From: an uncultured Verrucomicrobiota bacterium
GTDB lineage: Bacteria; Verrucomicrobiota; Kiritimatiellia; RFP12; UBA3636
Direction: 5' to 3'
DNA length: 61,465 nt
Assembly: GCA_949285835.1 (NCBI GenBank)
Contig: CASEAR010000099.1
Span: 1-61,465, forward strand
A program made the translations under genes and the position numbers. Below the pieces are notes generated by a model. The model made no database searches and was not told where the DNA came from. It saw only the letters and a program-made list of their open reading frames with translations. Positions 27,565 to 37,329 of the stretch are shown here, piece by piece (the first letter of the stretch is position 1; every line of letters begins with the position of its first letter).

Positions 27565-30333
27565 ATGAAATTATGTGAATCTTTATTTTTGACGGCTTGT
27601 GCCGTCCTTGCACATATAGGATACGCTTCGGCCCCGGAAGGGGTTCCCATCGATCCTAAAGTGGATCACAGAGGATTGATCGAAATCCCGGGAATCCTTC
27701 GCTCACACAGCGGATTTCACTGGGGGGCCGCGAATTTGGTGGCTTTCGGCAAGGACTGGGGTTATTCCGCACAGGATTACGCACTGAAAAATATAAAAAA
27801 GGACGGAAACGCCTCAGATCTGTCCGTCTCGGGAAACCTGTCGGTGCCCGGATGCAGTGAAATAATCGTCGACGAGCGTATAAGGAAAAAAGGCGCCGGA
27901 CGGTGGGAGGTTACGTGGAAACTGTCTTCTACCGCCGCGGATAACCCAATGCAGATCCGCAGGGCATACCTGTCGTTCCCTCTTGCAGTGTCGGATTATG
28001 AGGGAACTGTTTTTGATGCCGGCCGCGCCGGAAAATATGAACTCCCTGCCCGTAAACCGGAATCTGGCGTTATTTTTGAGTACAAACCGACAGACAGCAT
28101 AGAAGTGACGACCCGTGCCGATGCTGCCGGTAAGTCAAAGAGGTTCAGAATCGAAGGCAAGGATATGCTGGTGTCTCTCCTGGACTGCAGGAAGACGGAT
28201 GCCCAGGGAAAAACAACGGACGAACGGTATGAACTTAGAATGGACTTTAAAAATCCATTCAACAGCCCATCGTGTTCTCTCGTTTTCGATATGCAGGCAG
28301 AATTTCCACCCTTTAAAATAACCGCCAGTCCGGAGTGGGTGGAATACCGTCACTCGAACACAGTTGTGCCGGGCAGTATTCTGGATTTCTCAGAAATCGG
28401 CAATAGGGCCTACCCGGACACCGACGGCAGACTTTTGCCTTCTGAAAACGGACGCTTCGTCACGGAAAAAACCGGACGTGAAATACGGCTCATAGGCGCA
28501 AATCTTTGCTTCTCCGCATGTTTCCCTGATCATGATCTGGCGGACAAAATAGTTGCGGATTTCAAGAAAATGGGCTACAACGCCGTACGTTTCCATCATA
28601 CCGATGTGATAATGATGAAGGGTGAATGGAATGGCTTCTGGGAAAAGAAAACCCGTGGAGAAATCTCACCTTCCCAGCTGGAAAAACTAGATTACCTCAT
28701 GGCAGCGATGAAGAAGGCGGGAATGTATGTAACGATAGACCTTTACGCCATGGGATGCATGGGAATGATAGACGGCGTCGACAAATCTGTGTTCGGTGAG
28801 ATAAAGGCGCTCGTACCCATACACGAGCCTGCATTCGAAGTGTGGGCGCAAAACGCACTTGAATGGATGAACCACGTAAATCCATATACAGGCCTGGCGT
28901 GGAAAGAGGACCCCGCTGTCTTTGCCATATGTCCATTGAACGAAGACAGCATAGCATCGGTGTGGCGGTCCGCCGAAGACAAATATATGAAGGCCTTTTC
29001 CGAATGGAAGAAAAACCGCACCGGCCGCTCAGACGACCAGCTGATGGCACAGTTCCTGACGGAAGTAAAGGTCAAATCAAACAAACGGATTCTGGAATTT
29101 TTCAAGAAAAATGGAATAAAAGCTTCCATGAGCGGATGCAATTGGTGGGATACGATGGCACAGACATTCGAAAGAGATTCTCTTCAAGTTGTCGACAATC
29201 ACCAGTATTCCGATCACCCCACCCCCCACTACCTCCCTTCGAGGTATAATCAGCATACCAACTTGAAAAACACCGGCCCCACCTACATGACGCCCATTTT
29301 CATGGCCGCAACAAGACAATTCGACAAGCCGTTCATCGTGACGGAGTACAATTTCTGCGCGCCGAATATATACAGGGCGGAAGGCGGCGCAATGATGGGT
29401 GCCTATGCTTCTTTGCAGGACTGGAGCGGGCTTTTCCGCTTTGCGTGGGCGCACGACTCAAAACTGCTGAAGGAACAGCACCCGATATCGGGCTTCGACA
29501 TCGTTACCGACCCCGTCTCACAGATGACTGAACGCCAGATTATGCTGATGTTCGGCAGAAGGGACGTCCGTCCCGCCGAAAAATCATACGTTTACGCCGT
29601 GACTATGGATGAAGCCACAGAAAACGGAATCGGAGACATGTGGTCCCGCGGCCTGTTCCCGCACGACTTCAACGCGCTGGCGCTGAAAAGCAGAATAGGT
29701 TCTGCAGCCGTATATTCCAAAGAAAGCGTCATTCCGTCCGGATGCAGCTTCATCGTGGCCGCAAAAGGCACTGGAATCCCCACAGCACAGGGTGCACAGT
29801 TCATACGAAAGAATGAACTCGACAAGTTCTCCCCGACGGTAACCGTATCCGATACCGGAGAAATCGCGCTTGATTCAAGAAACGGCAGCATCTCCGTTTC
29901 ATCCCTCAGAACGGAATGCATTGTGGTACCTTCCGGCAAAACTGGCTCTGCCGGAGGGCTGAGCGTATCGAACGTCACGCAGTTCTGTTCGATTTCCGCC
30001 TCTTCTATGGACAAATCGGACTCGCTTCGCGACAGTTCCAGAATTCTGATATTTCACATAACAAATGTTATGAACACGGACATGTCTTTCTCCGATTCAA
30101 CACTCAAAATTCTGCACAGGAGCGGTACTCTGCCGTATTTGATCGCTTCAGGAGCGGCCGACGTGTCTCTGAAAAACACCAACCCGAACTTGAAACTCTA
30201 TGCGGTTGGAAGCAATGGCGTCAGATTGTGCGAAGTCCCTCTTTCTTACTCGGACGGAGAATACAAGTTCCGCCTGGATACCGCTTCGCCGCTGCATGAT
30301 CCAACCATGGTTTACGAGCTGTCCGCCGAATAG
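27565..30333 (+). CDS. secreted clan GH-A-like (TIM-barrel) glycoside hydrolase, family unassigned
   Basis: 922 aa with a signal peptide. GANLCFSACFPDHDLADKIVADFKKMGYNAVRFHHTD, then ICPLNEDS (candidate NE acid/base) and FIVTEYNF (candidate nucleophile). Paralogous in layout to 35305-37311. Confidence 0.6.
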   Translation: MKLCESLFLTACAVLAHIGYASAPEGVPIDPKVDHRGLIEIPGILRSHSGFHWGAANLVAFGKDWGYSAQDYALKNIKKDGNASDLSVSGNLSVPGCSEIIVDERIRKKGAGRWEVTWKLSSTAADNPMQIRRAYLSFPLAVSDYEGTVFDAGRAGKYELPARKPESGVIFEYKPTDSIEVTTRADAAGKSKRFRIEGKDMLVSLLDCRKTDAQGKTTDERYELRMDFKNPFNSPSCSLVFDMQAEFPPFKITASPEWVEYRHSNTVVPGSILDFSEIGNRAYPDTDGRLLPSENGRFVTEKTGREIRLIGANLCFSACFPDHDLADKIVADFKKMGYNAVRFHHTDVIMMKGEWNGFWEKKTRGEISPSQLEKLDYLMAAMKKAGMYVTIDLYAMGCMGMIDGVDKSVFGEIKALVPIHEPAFEVWAQNALEWMNHVNPYTGLAWKEDPAVFAICPLNEDSIASVWRSAEDKYMKAFSEWKKNRTGRSDDQLMAQFLTEVKVKSNKRILEFFKKNGIKASMSGCNWWDTMAQTFERDSLQVVDNHQYSDHPTPHYLPSRYNQHTNLKNTGPTYMTPIFMAATRQFDKPFIVTEYNFCAPNIYRAEGGAMMGAYASLQDWSGLFRFAWAHDSKLLKEQHPISGFDIVTDPVSQMTERQIMLMFGRRDVRPAEKSYVYAVTMDEATENGIGDMWSRGLFPHDFNALALKSRIGSAAVYSKESVIPSGCSFIVAAKGTGIPTAQGAQFIRKNELDKFSPTVTVSDTGEIALDSRNGSISVSSLRTECIVVPSGKTGSAGGLSVSNVTQFCSISASSMDKSDSLRDSSRILIFHITNVMNTDMSFSDSTLKILHRSGTLPYLIASGAADVSLKNTNPNLKLYAVGSNGVRLCEVPLSYSDGEYKFRLDTASPLHDPTMVYELSAE

Positions 30334-30361
30334 CGGTTCGAGAAAAAAGATCTGTACTGAT

Positions 30362-30402
30362 CAGGCGCGGGAATTAAAAATTTTTCTCCCGCGCCTGTTT
30401 TT
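30362..30402 (+). terminator. rho-independent terminator
   Basis: CAGGCGCGGGA - 14-nt loop - TCCCGCGCCTG, followed by TTTTT. Confidence 0.75.
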
Positions 30403-30658
30403 GTGCCGTCCCACCGGAACATGCCTCCACTTAATCCAGCTGCCGGAAAGCGTCGAATCCGGAATCGATGCTGTAATTCGATTAACGCCGCTGCAACAAG
30501 CCCCCGAAAAACGCGCCGTGCGGGCAGAAGCGCGCGCAAAACCGGCAAACTGCGCATGCCCCCCGCCCGAACTCATGTCTCCAACTGCCCCCGAAAACAA
30601 ACCGGCAAGCCCCCGCGGCTGTTCGTCCGCCGAATCCGGCCGTTTCTGCGTCTAATGC

Positions 30659-31429
30659 TTACCGTACCGGCACAACCGGCGGGGGAGCCCCTATTGTAAT
30701 GCCCATGGAGTCAAAATCTGTACTGCGCATCATGCCGTCTGTCCGGCGACTCCGGCCTTCTCCGGCGCCGCGCCTTTGCCGCTCCTGAATTACGTCATAA
30801 ACCGGGATAACAAGTGCATTGGGTTCAATGCCGCTTTCGGAACTACGGCCTTGATTGCCGCCACGGGTAAGTCCGGTGGAACCGCAAACCGTACTGCCGA
30901 GCCCTGACATCCCGTCAATATACGTCGTTCCGCCGATTCTCCGGGCTGTCACGCTGTTTCCGGCGTCATCTGTGAAATGCGTGACGTCACCGATTTCCCG
31001 GGCTGTCACGCTGTTTCCAGCATCGTCTCTTATATACGTGACATCGCCTATCCTGCGCGCTGTCGACTGCTTCCCATTTGCGTCGGTGTAGTATGTCACG
31101 TCTCCTATCCTGCGCGCTGTCGACTGCACCCCATTTGCATCGGTGTAATATGTTATGTCTCCTATCCTGCGCGACGTCACCTGTCTGCCGCATGCACTGG
31201 TATAGTAAGTCACATCTCCTATCCTCCGCGACGTTGTGCCGGTCATCTCGCCGAAACTATTGCCAAACGATGCCAAATTCACCCCGTATGAACCCGGCGG
31301 GCCGTCGGGAACAATCCCTGAATACGTACTCTCCGTACACCCCCACGACCCGGACAAGTACCCATTGCCGCCACAGGCGGAATAAACAGCCGCAATAAAA
31401 ATAATTGCCGTAAGTATATTCCTATTCAT
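30659..31429 (-). CDS. lipoprotein with 19-aa YD-like tandem repeats
   Basis: Start trimmed to MNRNILTAIIFIAAVYSACGG (lipobox-like). There are five to six units of RRIGDVTYYTDANGKQSTA. The protein ends ...PPPVVPVR. Confidence 0.7.
   Translation of the reverse strand: MNRNILTAIIFIAAVYSACGGNGYLSGSWGCTESTYSGIVPDGPPGSYGVNLASFGNSFGEMTGTTSRRIGDVTYYTSACGRQVTSRRIGDITYYTDANGVQSTARRIGDVTYYTDANGKQSTARRIGDVTYIRDDAGNSVTAREIGDVTHFTDDAGNSVTARRIGGTTYIDGMSGLGSTVCGSTGLTRGGNQGRSSESGIEPNALVIPVYDVIQERQRRGAGEGRSRRTDGMMRSTDFDSMGITIGAPPPVVPVR
30914..31228 (-). repeat. 57-nt (19-codon) tandem repeat array inside the lipoprotein gene
   Basis: Units TSRRIGDVTYYTSACGRQV / TSRRIGDITYYTDANGVQS / TARRIGDVTYYTDANGKQS / TARRIGDVTYIRDDAGNSV / TAREIGDVTHFTDDAGNSV / TARRIGGTTYIDG, read from the translation. 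Confidence 0.85.
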
Positions 31430-32343
31430 GTCCGGAACCCTCCATCTGGCCAACATTCCGCGCATTAGATGCAGCAAAATACCGGCATGTTTTCTGCTTT
31501 TTGCAATTATTCAGCTTGTATCAAGAATGTCATATTTCGTTTATGCAAGTATACATTAATAAACAGATTTATTCCATTACATTTTAAGATACATAATTAT
31601 TTTGTCTGCATATCCATAAAAATCAAGGCATTGCAGGCAAATTTCCGCTGCTACCAAGACCGGCACAGCATATTTATACGGTGGCGGAACTGCTTCCGGA
31701 AATCCTATTCTGTCTTTTTTTTATAGTACTTTTTGTTCCCGCATTGCGCACCGCCCGTGCATTCTGGTCCGACCCCAAGCGGCACGAAGGCCGGATTCCA
31801 TCGCGCAGATTACCAGACACACTGGACTGACACCGGTTTTTCCAATTCAACCGTTCAACGGTATTGCCGCCGACATCGCTTTGCAATGGGCCGTATACGG
31901 AGCCGTCTTAATCCCGCTTTTGTTTTTACGGCATGACCTTGTTCGCCTCATGGAACGCTGTTCCGCCAATACGAATTTCTAACTGGCGGCCATTTTTGTT
32001 TCCCACCAGTAAGGACCGCTCTAAGCGTTTTGGCCTCTGGTTTCGCCTCAAACCGGAATTGGACAAACTCATTTCGGCAAGGACTAATGTATTCTTCTGC
32101 TTTCCGGACTCGCAAGACACTTCCCGGGAGGATTCTCACCTGACTGCATCTCTGCTGCACTGTCTTCCCGGACATAGTTTGTTCTTTCAACCCCAATTTT
32201 GCCAGAGCGACCAAACTGCATACTTTTTGTACCGTGCGGAAGATATTGCATCCTGTCAAATTTACAAGAGCGCTGCAGCATGTACATATTGACACGCACT
32301 GTGTAATTGTGTTAATTTTGGTTACGCAGCCAAATTAAACAAA

Positions 32344-33378
32344 ATGACGACTATAAAACAAATTGCAGACAAGGTCGGCTGTTCGGAAACGACCGTCCGA
32401 CGAGTGCTGCGCGGAGGGAACAAGGAAGTCTGGTCCGGAACCTCCGCCAGAGCGTCGCGCATAAGGGAAGCGGCAAGACAGGCAGGTTTCCTTCCGAACG
32501 CATCGGCCGCAGCCGTAAAAACGGGCAAATTCAACGCAGTCCTGCTCATCCTGAGCACGGAACGCGGACGCTGTTATCTTCCCGAACCCCTGCTTTACGG
32601 GCTGTGCTCATCTCTTGACAAAGCAGGGCTGCGGCTGGTTATCGGACGTTTTTCCGATGAAGAGTTGACGGACAGAAGAGCCCTGCCATCCTTTTTGCGC
32701 AGCTGGTCGTGCGATGGCGCGCTCATAAACTATACCGACAGATTTCCGTCGAAACTGAATGAACTAGTCAGGGATTTCCGCATTCCTTCGATATGGCTGA
32801 ACGCCCCATTTGAATTGGACTGCGTAAAATATGACGACCGAGCGGCTGCACGCGAAGCAGTCGCCAGACTCGCATCGGCCGGGTGCAAGAGAATCTCTTA
32901 CGTGGACTTGAGGCATGACTTCTCACAAGAGCTGCACTACAGCGCCTACGAGCGCATTCTCGGATACGAGGACGGCCGCAAAATTTGCAATATGCCGCCT
33001 GTATCGCCGGTCAAGCTGGGAAATCTGCCCGCGGATGCTCAAGTCAAAATACTTGCGGATCTTTTTAAGTCTCCAATGCGGCCAGATGGAATAATCGCAT
33101 TCGACAGAGCAGACAGAATTGTTATCGCCGCCGCCGGCGCCGGGCTTCGCGAGGCAGAAATCCCAAAACTAGCGGTATTCTGTCATGAATTCTCCGACAT
33201 TCCATCGGACAATGTAATCAGGATAACGGCCCCATGCAAACTGGCGGCCGAAACGGCGGTATCAGCCCTCATGAAAAAGATTTCGCACGGACACCCGCCC
33301 GCGCGCATTCCCCCATTGCGCATGACGTTTGTCATGCCTAACGCTGCAGATGGTCAAACATATCTTGCGAAAAGTTGA
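32344..33378 (+). CDS. LacI family transcriptional regulator
   Basis: The N-terminal HTH is MTTIKQIADKVGCSETTVRRVLRG. The 344-aa length and a periplasmic-binding-protein-like C-domain also fit. Confidence 0.9.
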   Translation: MTTIKQIADKVGCSETTVRRVLRGGNKEVWSGTSARASRIREAARQAGFLPNASAAAVKTGKFNAVLLILSTERGRCYLPEPLLYGLCSSLDKAGLRLVIGRFSDEELTDRRALPSFLRSWSCDGALINYTDRFPSKLNELVRDFRIPSIWLNAPFELDCVKYDDRAAAREAVARLASAGCKRISYVDLRHDFSQELHYSAYERILGYEDGRKICNMPPVSPVKLGNLPADAQVKILADLFKSPMRPDGIIAFDRADRIVIAAAGAGLREAEIPKLAVFCHEFSDIPSDNVIRITAPCKLAAETAVSALMKKISHGHPPARIPPLRMTFVMPNAADGQTYLAKS

Positions 33379-33397
33379 CCGAACAAAGGAGAAACTG

Positions 33398-35284
33398 ATG
33401 AAGACATTCGTTTTGACAACGCTTGCTGCCGCGATTCTGTATTCCTTCAATGCCGTGTCTGAAACAAAGATGTTTGCTCCGAAAAGGGACGATGTCTCAT
33501 TCCCGGGCGGAACATGGGCGTTGAACGGCGAAAAGGAATGGATATCTGCTGCAACTGGAGAAAATACATCATGGGACTCCGCAGATGACACCGCACTGAT
33601 AGTCAACAGCCCCGACAGCACAGTGGTATGGGGTTCTATTGACATCTCAATTGACAATTCGCAAGGCAATTTTATGGTTGGCGGCATAGTTATCACCAAC
33701 GAAATGCCGTCATGGTCCCACAACAGATTCGAAGGCGATCCGCTTCGAATCGGCAGCGGCGGAGTGACCGTATGGCCGCATGGCGATTCGTCTTTCGTAT
33801 ATTTCGAATGCCCCGTTATCCTGGCCGCGCCTCAGACTTGGAAGAGCGCCAAAATCCGTCAGGTGGAGGACAGTGCGACCGTTCAGTTCAAAGCTCCGAT
33901 ATCTTCCGAGGGCGGCGCGGAAATCCCTATCGTCTTTGACGGGATGAACATCGTGGATCCGGCAAAAAAAGGCGTCTCCGATGCCCGGCCTGCATTCGGG
34001 ATGTATGCAGATAATTCCTTTAGAGGAGACGTGACCGTTCAGAATGGCGCATTCCTTTATCTCATGTATTCGCAGGACTCTAAAGGGGACAAACTGGACA
34101 GTTCCTCGGCGGTCATACTATCGGGCGGAGGTTTTGGTTTTACCGGAAATTCTTTCGCATATACCCAGAAAATCGAACGCCTTATAATACGCCGCGGAGA
34201 GAATCACATATCCGGAAAGAATGCAAATGCGGTTATAGACTGCGGAGAAATCGTGCGGGAAGGCCCCGGCGGAACGCTCAAACTTCCTGTATCCTGGGCC
34301 GGCGGCATCACTGCGTTTACCTCAAGCACAAACGTAAACAGCGTTCTGGGCTGCTGGGCCACGCTGAATGACGGCGCTTTCGCAAAAGTAGGTTCCGACG
34401 GCAAAATTGGTCAGGAAAACGGTATCCAGCGAGCATCCACGGATTCATGGACCGACAGCACGCATATTGTCGTTGCCGGCGGCGGAGTACGGACCAAGGG
34501 CGATATGTCGCCGTATTCACTGAGGTATGCCAATTATTCATCCCTGCTGGCGCATACAAACGATCTCGCCGGTTCCAGCCTGACCTTGACCATGGGGGGT
34601 ATCCTGGCAAATACATCAGACGAAAGCGTGCTGCAGAACGGCGCCTTGACTTCCGGACTGGAGACCGGCGAACTTTTTGTCTTTGCATCAAATGAATTCC
34701 GCATCGAAGCAAACATCCGCGACAATGGGGAAATCCCGCTAAACCTCGTCAAATCACAGCGCGGCATTCTCACCTGCACCAGCACTTCGCATAGCGGAAC
34801 CACCTTCGTAAACGGTGGAACTCTGTCGCTGACCGGTCCCGAAGCACGCATCAGAGGAGACATAAAGCAGGCTGGCGGAACGACTATTTCCATAGAAAAC
34901 GGAGCCGGATTCGAACCGTGCGAAACCGCACGGAAGCTTGGTGGAAACGCGATGATAGGCAGCGGCGCTGTGTTTGCATTTGAGGCCGGCAAACCCTCCG
35001 AAACCAAAGGTATCGAGTTCACAAACCCGTTTGCAAAAGTGGAATTCTCCGCGCACGAATCACCTGTGACGTTCAAAATAGAGCCGTCCCCCAGCGGCGG
35101 GATATCCAGAGGCAAACATCCGCTCATAACGTGGGTCCCCGGCGTGGAAATATCCGGATGCAATATCGGCAGTTTTGAACTCGAACTTCCGAAAACTGCC
35201 GCCGGATATTTGGAAACAGGCCCCGACGGCATATTCCTGAATATCACATCAGATTCCAAATTTACTGTCATAACCGTCCATTAA
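33398..35284 (+). CDS. secreted PATR beta-strand repeat protein, no barrel domain
   Basis: Start trimmed to MKTFVLTTLAAAILYSFNAVSE, with an AAGGAG Shine-Dalgarno at 33386-33391. ...TSTSHSGTTFVNGGTLSLTG... repeats are present. The protein ends ...SKFTVITVH. Confidence 0.75.
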   Translation: MKTFVLTTLAAAILYSFNAVSETKMFAPKRDDVSFPGGTWALNGEKEWISAATGENTSWDSADDTALIVNSPDSTVVWGSIDISIDNSQGNFMVGGIVITNEMPSWSHNRFEGDPLRIGSGGVTVWPHGDSSFVYFECPVILAAPQTWKSAKIRQVEDSATVQFKAPISSEGGAEIPIVFDGMNIVDPAKKGVSDARPAFGMYADNSFRGDVTVQNGAFLYLMYSQDSKGDKLDSSSAVILSGGGFGFTGNSFAYTQKIERLIIRRGENHISGKNANAVIDCGEIVREGPGGTLKLPVSWAGGITAFTSSTNVNSVLGCWATLNDGAFAKVGSDGKIGQENGIQRASTDSWTDSTHIVVAGGGVRTKGDMSPYSLRYANYSSLLAHTNDLAGSSLTLTMGGILANTSDESVLQNGALTSGLETGELFVFASNEFRIEANIRDNGEIPLNLVKSQRGILTCTSTSHSGTTFVNGGTLSLTGPEARIRGDIKQAGGTTISIENGAGFEPCETARKLGGNAMIGSGAVFAFEAGKPSETKGIEFTNPFAKVEFSAHESPVTFKIEPSPSGGISRGKHPLITWVPGVEISGCNIGSFELELPKTAAGYLETGPDGIFLNITSDSKFTVITVH

Positions 35285-35304
35285 ACGAACCTCAGGCACG
35301 CAAA

Positions 35305-37311
35305 ATGATATCCGTCCGCCGCCTTTTCCCTTCTTTCGCGTTCGCACTGCTGCTTGCGGCCGCCGGTGATGCATTTTCTCAAACAAATGAAATGAAGATT
35401 CTTAAAAGACCTGATCTCCCGCGTGCCGCCGTCAGGAATGGCGGCTTTTACACTCCGGACGGCAAACGACTGAAATTCTGGGGAGTTAATGCGGTCTCAT
35501 TTTTTCCGGATGCAGAAACCGCCCGCTGCACTGCCGCCAATTTGAAACAGTGCGGCGTCAATCTTGTGAGGCTCCACCACCTGATGCGGCCAAGCCAAGA
35601 CTGGGTATGGAATGCGCCTTGCTCTTCGCTGGCACTATACCAGACCGATTCAAGAACTCCGGACGATGAGGCTTGGAACAGATTCGACCTGTTCAACCAT
35701 GAACTGGCTGCCAATGGCATACGCATCGTTCTAAGCATGCACTTCTCCAGAAAATTTATGCCCGGAGATTCAAAAATACTCCCAGGAGAAGACGCCGGCG
35801 AATGGGAAAAAGCAATTTCCGAAATTAACTCCTGGGACTGGAAAAAGTCTATAGACCCGGTGAAACTCCTGCCTGTAATCGATGAAAGATGCAGGATGAT
35901 TCAGAAGGAATTCACCAAAAATCTGCTTTCACGAAAAAATATTTACTCGGGCATTACATATGGGCAAAATCCGCAAGTGCTGTACATAGAAATGCTGAAT
36001 GAAAGCTCTTTCGAATACGCTGTAATCTGCGGAAACAGATTTCCGGAATACTTTGAACGGCGAATCCAGTCCGCCTGGGAGAAATATGCAGAGGAACACG
36101 GCCGGAACGATCCCGGTTCGTTTTTTAATCCAGCCTCTCAGGAAATGCGCCGCATGCGTTCCAACTTCTTCAGAAGCGTGGAGGATGCATACTTCGAAGA
36201 CATGAGATCCTTTGTAAAAGCCCTTGCCCCGGAGCTTCCTGTCGTGTGCGGAAATTTGTGGAGAGGAAATGATTTTCTCGCCGCAGTCGCTGAATACGGC
36301 GATATTGTCGAAGACCATTTCTACGTAAGTCCGATCTCCACTGTCTCAGAACAATTCTGGTTCGACAACACAATCCGAACAAAAGTTGCCGGCAAACCAT
36401 ACGTTATCGGCGAACTCAATATGTCGGAAAACCCAGACGTCATAAAACGCGAAGGATATGCCAGACCCATGCTCATGCTTTCCGCCGCGGCATACGGAGC
36501 ATTCCATGATATCGACGGCATCTTGTGGTTTGCCTGGAATCATGGCGACCGGGCCGTCGGCAGAAACGGTTGGTCAAAAAACGAGACCGGCGAACCGTCC
36601 ATAGGCGACATGGTTTCAGACAGCGTCGTTCTTGACCATATGGCTGCGTGTTCTGAGCTTTACAGAAACGGAGCGGTATCCAGCGCCGAAAACACAGCGG
36701 CTCTCAATGTCGCAGTTCCGCAAAATGCCGGCAATTACAATACTTTGATGTCGGACAGCGTCTCATTGCCGCCCGGATCGGCATCCGTCCGCGCATATGC
36801 GAAGAAATTCACTGCATCTCCCGATGTCCCGACCTCACATGACAAACAAACAACCCAAAAGATTTTCACATCAGACACCGGACAGATCATCCGGGACACG
36901 GACCGCGGCACGCTGACCGTAAAAGCACCTGCCTGCGAAGCTTTCAGCGGCGAGCTTTACAATGGCGCCTTCTCTGCATTTACCCATATTGGTTCCAGCG
37001 TCACATCAGGTTTTTCCACGGTCATCCTTGTCTCAATGGATGGGAAACATTTATCGGGCTCCTCCCGCATGCTCATAAGTAGGACAATGAAAAGCCAGTC
37101 TTCAAGCTTGTTTTTTCCGATAACGATTTCCAATCTTGATCCTGTTCCGGACGGATACGCACGAAAACTGCGAATTCTCCGGCCGAGGATTGCCGCGGAG
37201 GTACTCTCCGGCCTTACCGGCAGCTGTGATATTCCGCTGTCAGCCGGAACAAGTGCGGAACTGCCACAGTCCGTATGGACACAGGCGGAAATAATAACGG
37301 AAAAGGAATAG
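35305..37311 (+). CDS. secreted clan GH-A-like glycoside hydrolase, family unassigned (paralogue-like of 27565-30333)
   Basis: 668 aa with a signal peptide. GVNAVSFFPDAETARCTAANLKQCGVNLVRLHHL, IEMLNESSF (candidate NE), VIGELNM (candidate nucleophile). Confidence 0.6.
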   Translation: MISVRRLFPSFAFALLLAAAGDAFSQTNEMKILKRPDLPRAAVRNGGFYTPDGKRLKFWGVNAVSFFPDAETARCTAANLKQCGVNLVRLHHLMRPSQDWVWNAPCSSLALYQTDSRTPDDEAWNRFDLFNHELAANGIRIVLSMHFSRKFMPGDSKILPGEDAGEWEKAISEINSWDWKKSIDPVKLLPVIDERCRMIQKEFTKNLLSRKNIYSGITYGQNPQVLYIEMLNESSFEYAVICGNRFPEYFERRIQSAWEKYAEEHGRNDPGSFFNPASQEMRRMRSNFFRSVEDAYFEDMRSFVKALAPELPVVCGNLWRGNDFLAAVAEYGDIVEDHFYVSPISTVSEQFWFDNTIRTKVAGKPYVIGELNMSENPDVIKREGYARPMLMLSAAAYGAFHDIDGILWFAWNHGDRAVGRNGWSKNETGEPSIGDMVSDSVVLDHMAACSELYRNGAVSSAENTAALNVAVPQNAGNYNTLMSDSVSLPPGSASVRAYAKKFTASPDVPTSHDKQTTQKIFTSDTGQIIRDTDRGTLTVKAPACEAFSGELYNGAFSAFTHIGSSVTSGFSTVILVSMDGKHLSGSSRMLISRTMKSQSSSLFFPITISNLDPVPDGYARKLRILRPRIAAEVLSGLTGSCDIPLSAGTSAELPQSVWTQAEIITEKE

Positions 37312-37329
37312 TGCCGTTCCGGAGAACGG

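Noticed and set aside
30855-31398. Plus-strand ORFs 30855-31091, 30977-31291 and 31078-31398.
   Set aside because: They are periodic shadows created by the tandem repeat on the opposite strand.
31926-32299. Minus- and plus-strand ORFs of 64-119 aa in the 31.4-32.3 kb gap, considered as a decayed integrase or transposase.
   Set aside because: I recognised no family motif and the frames overlap each other. The region is left as unexplained non-coding DNA rather than called a pseudogene.
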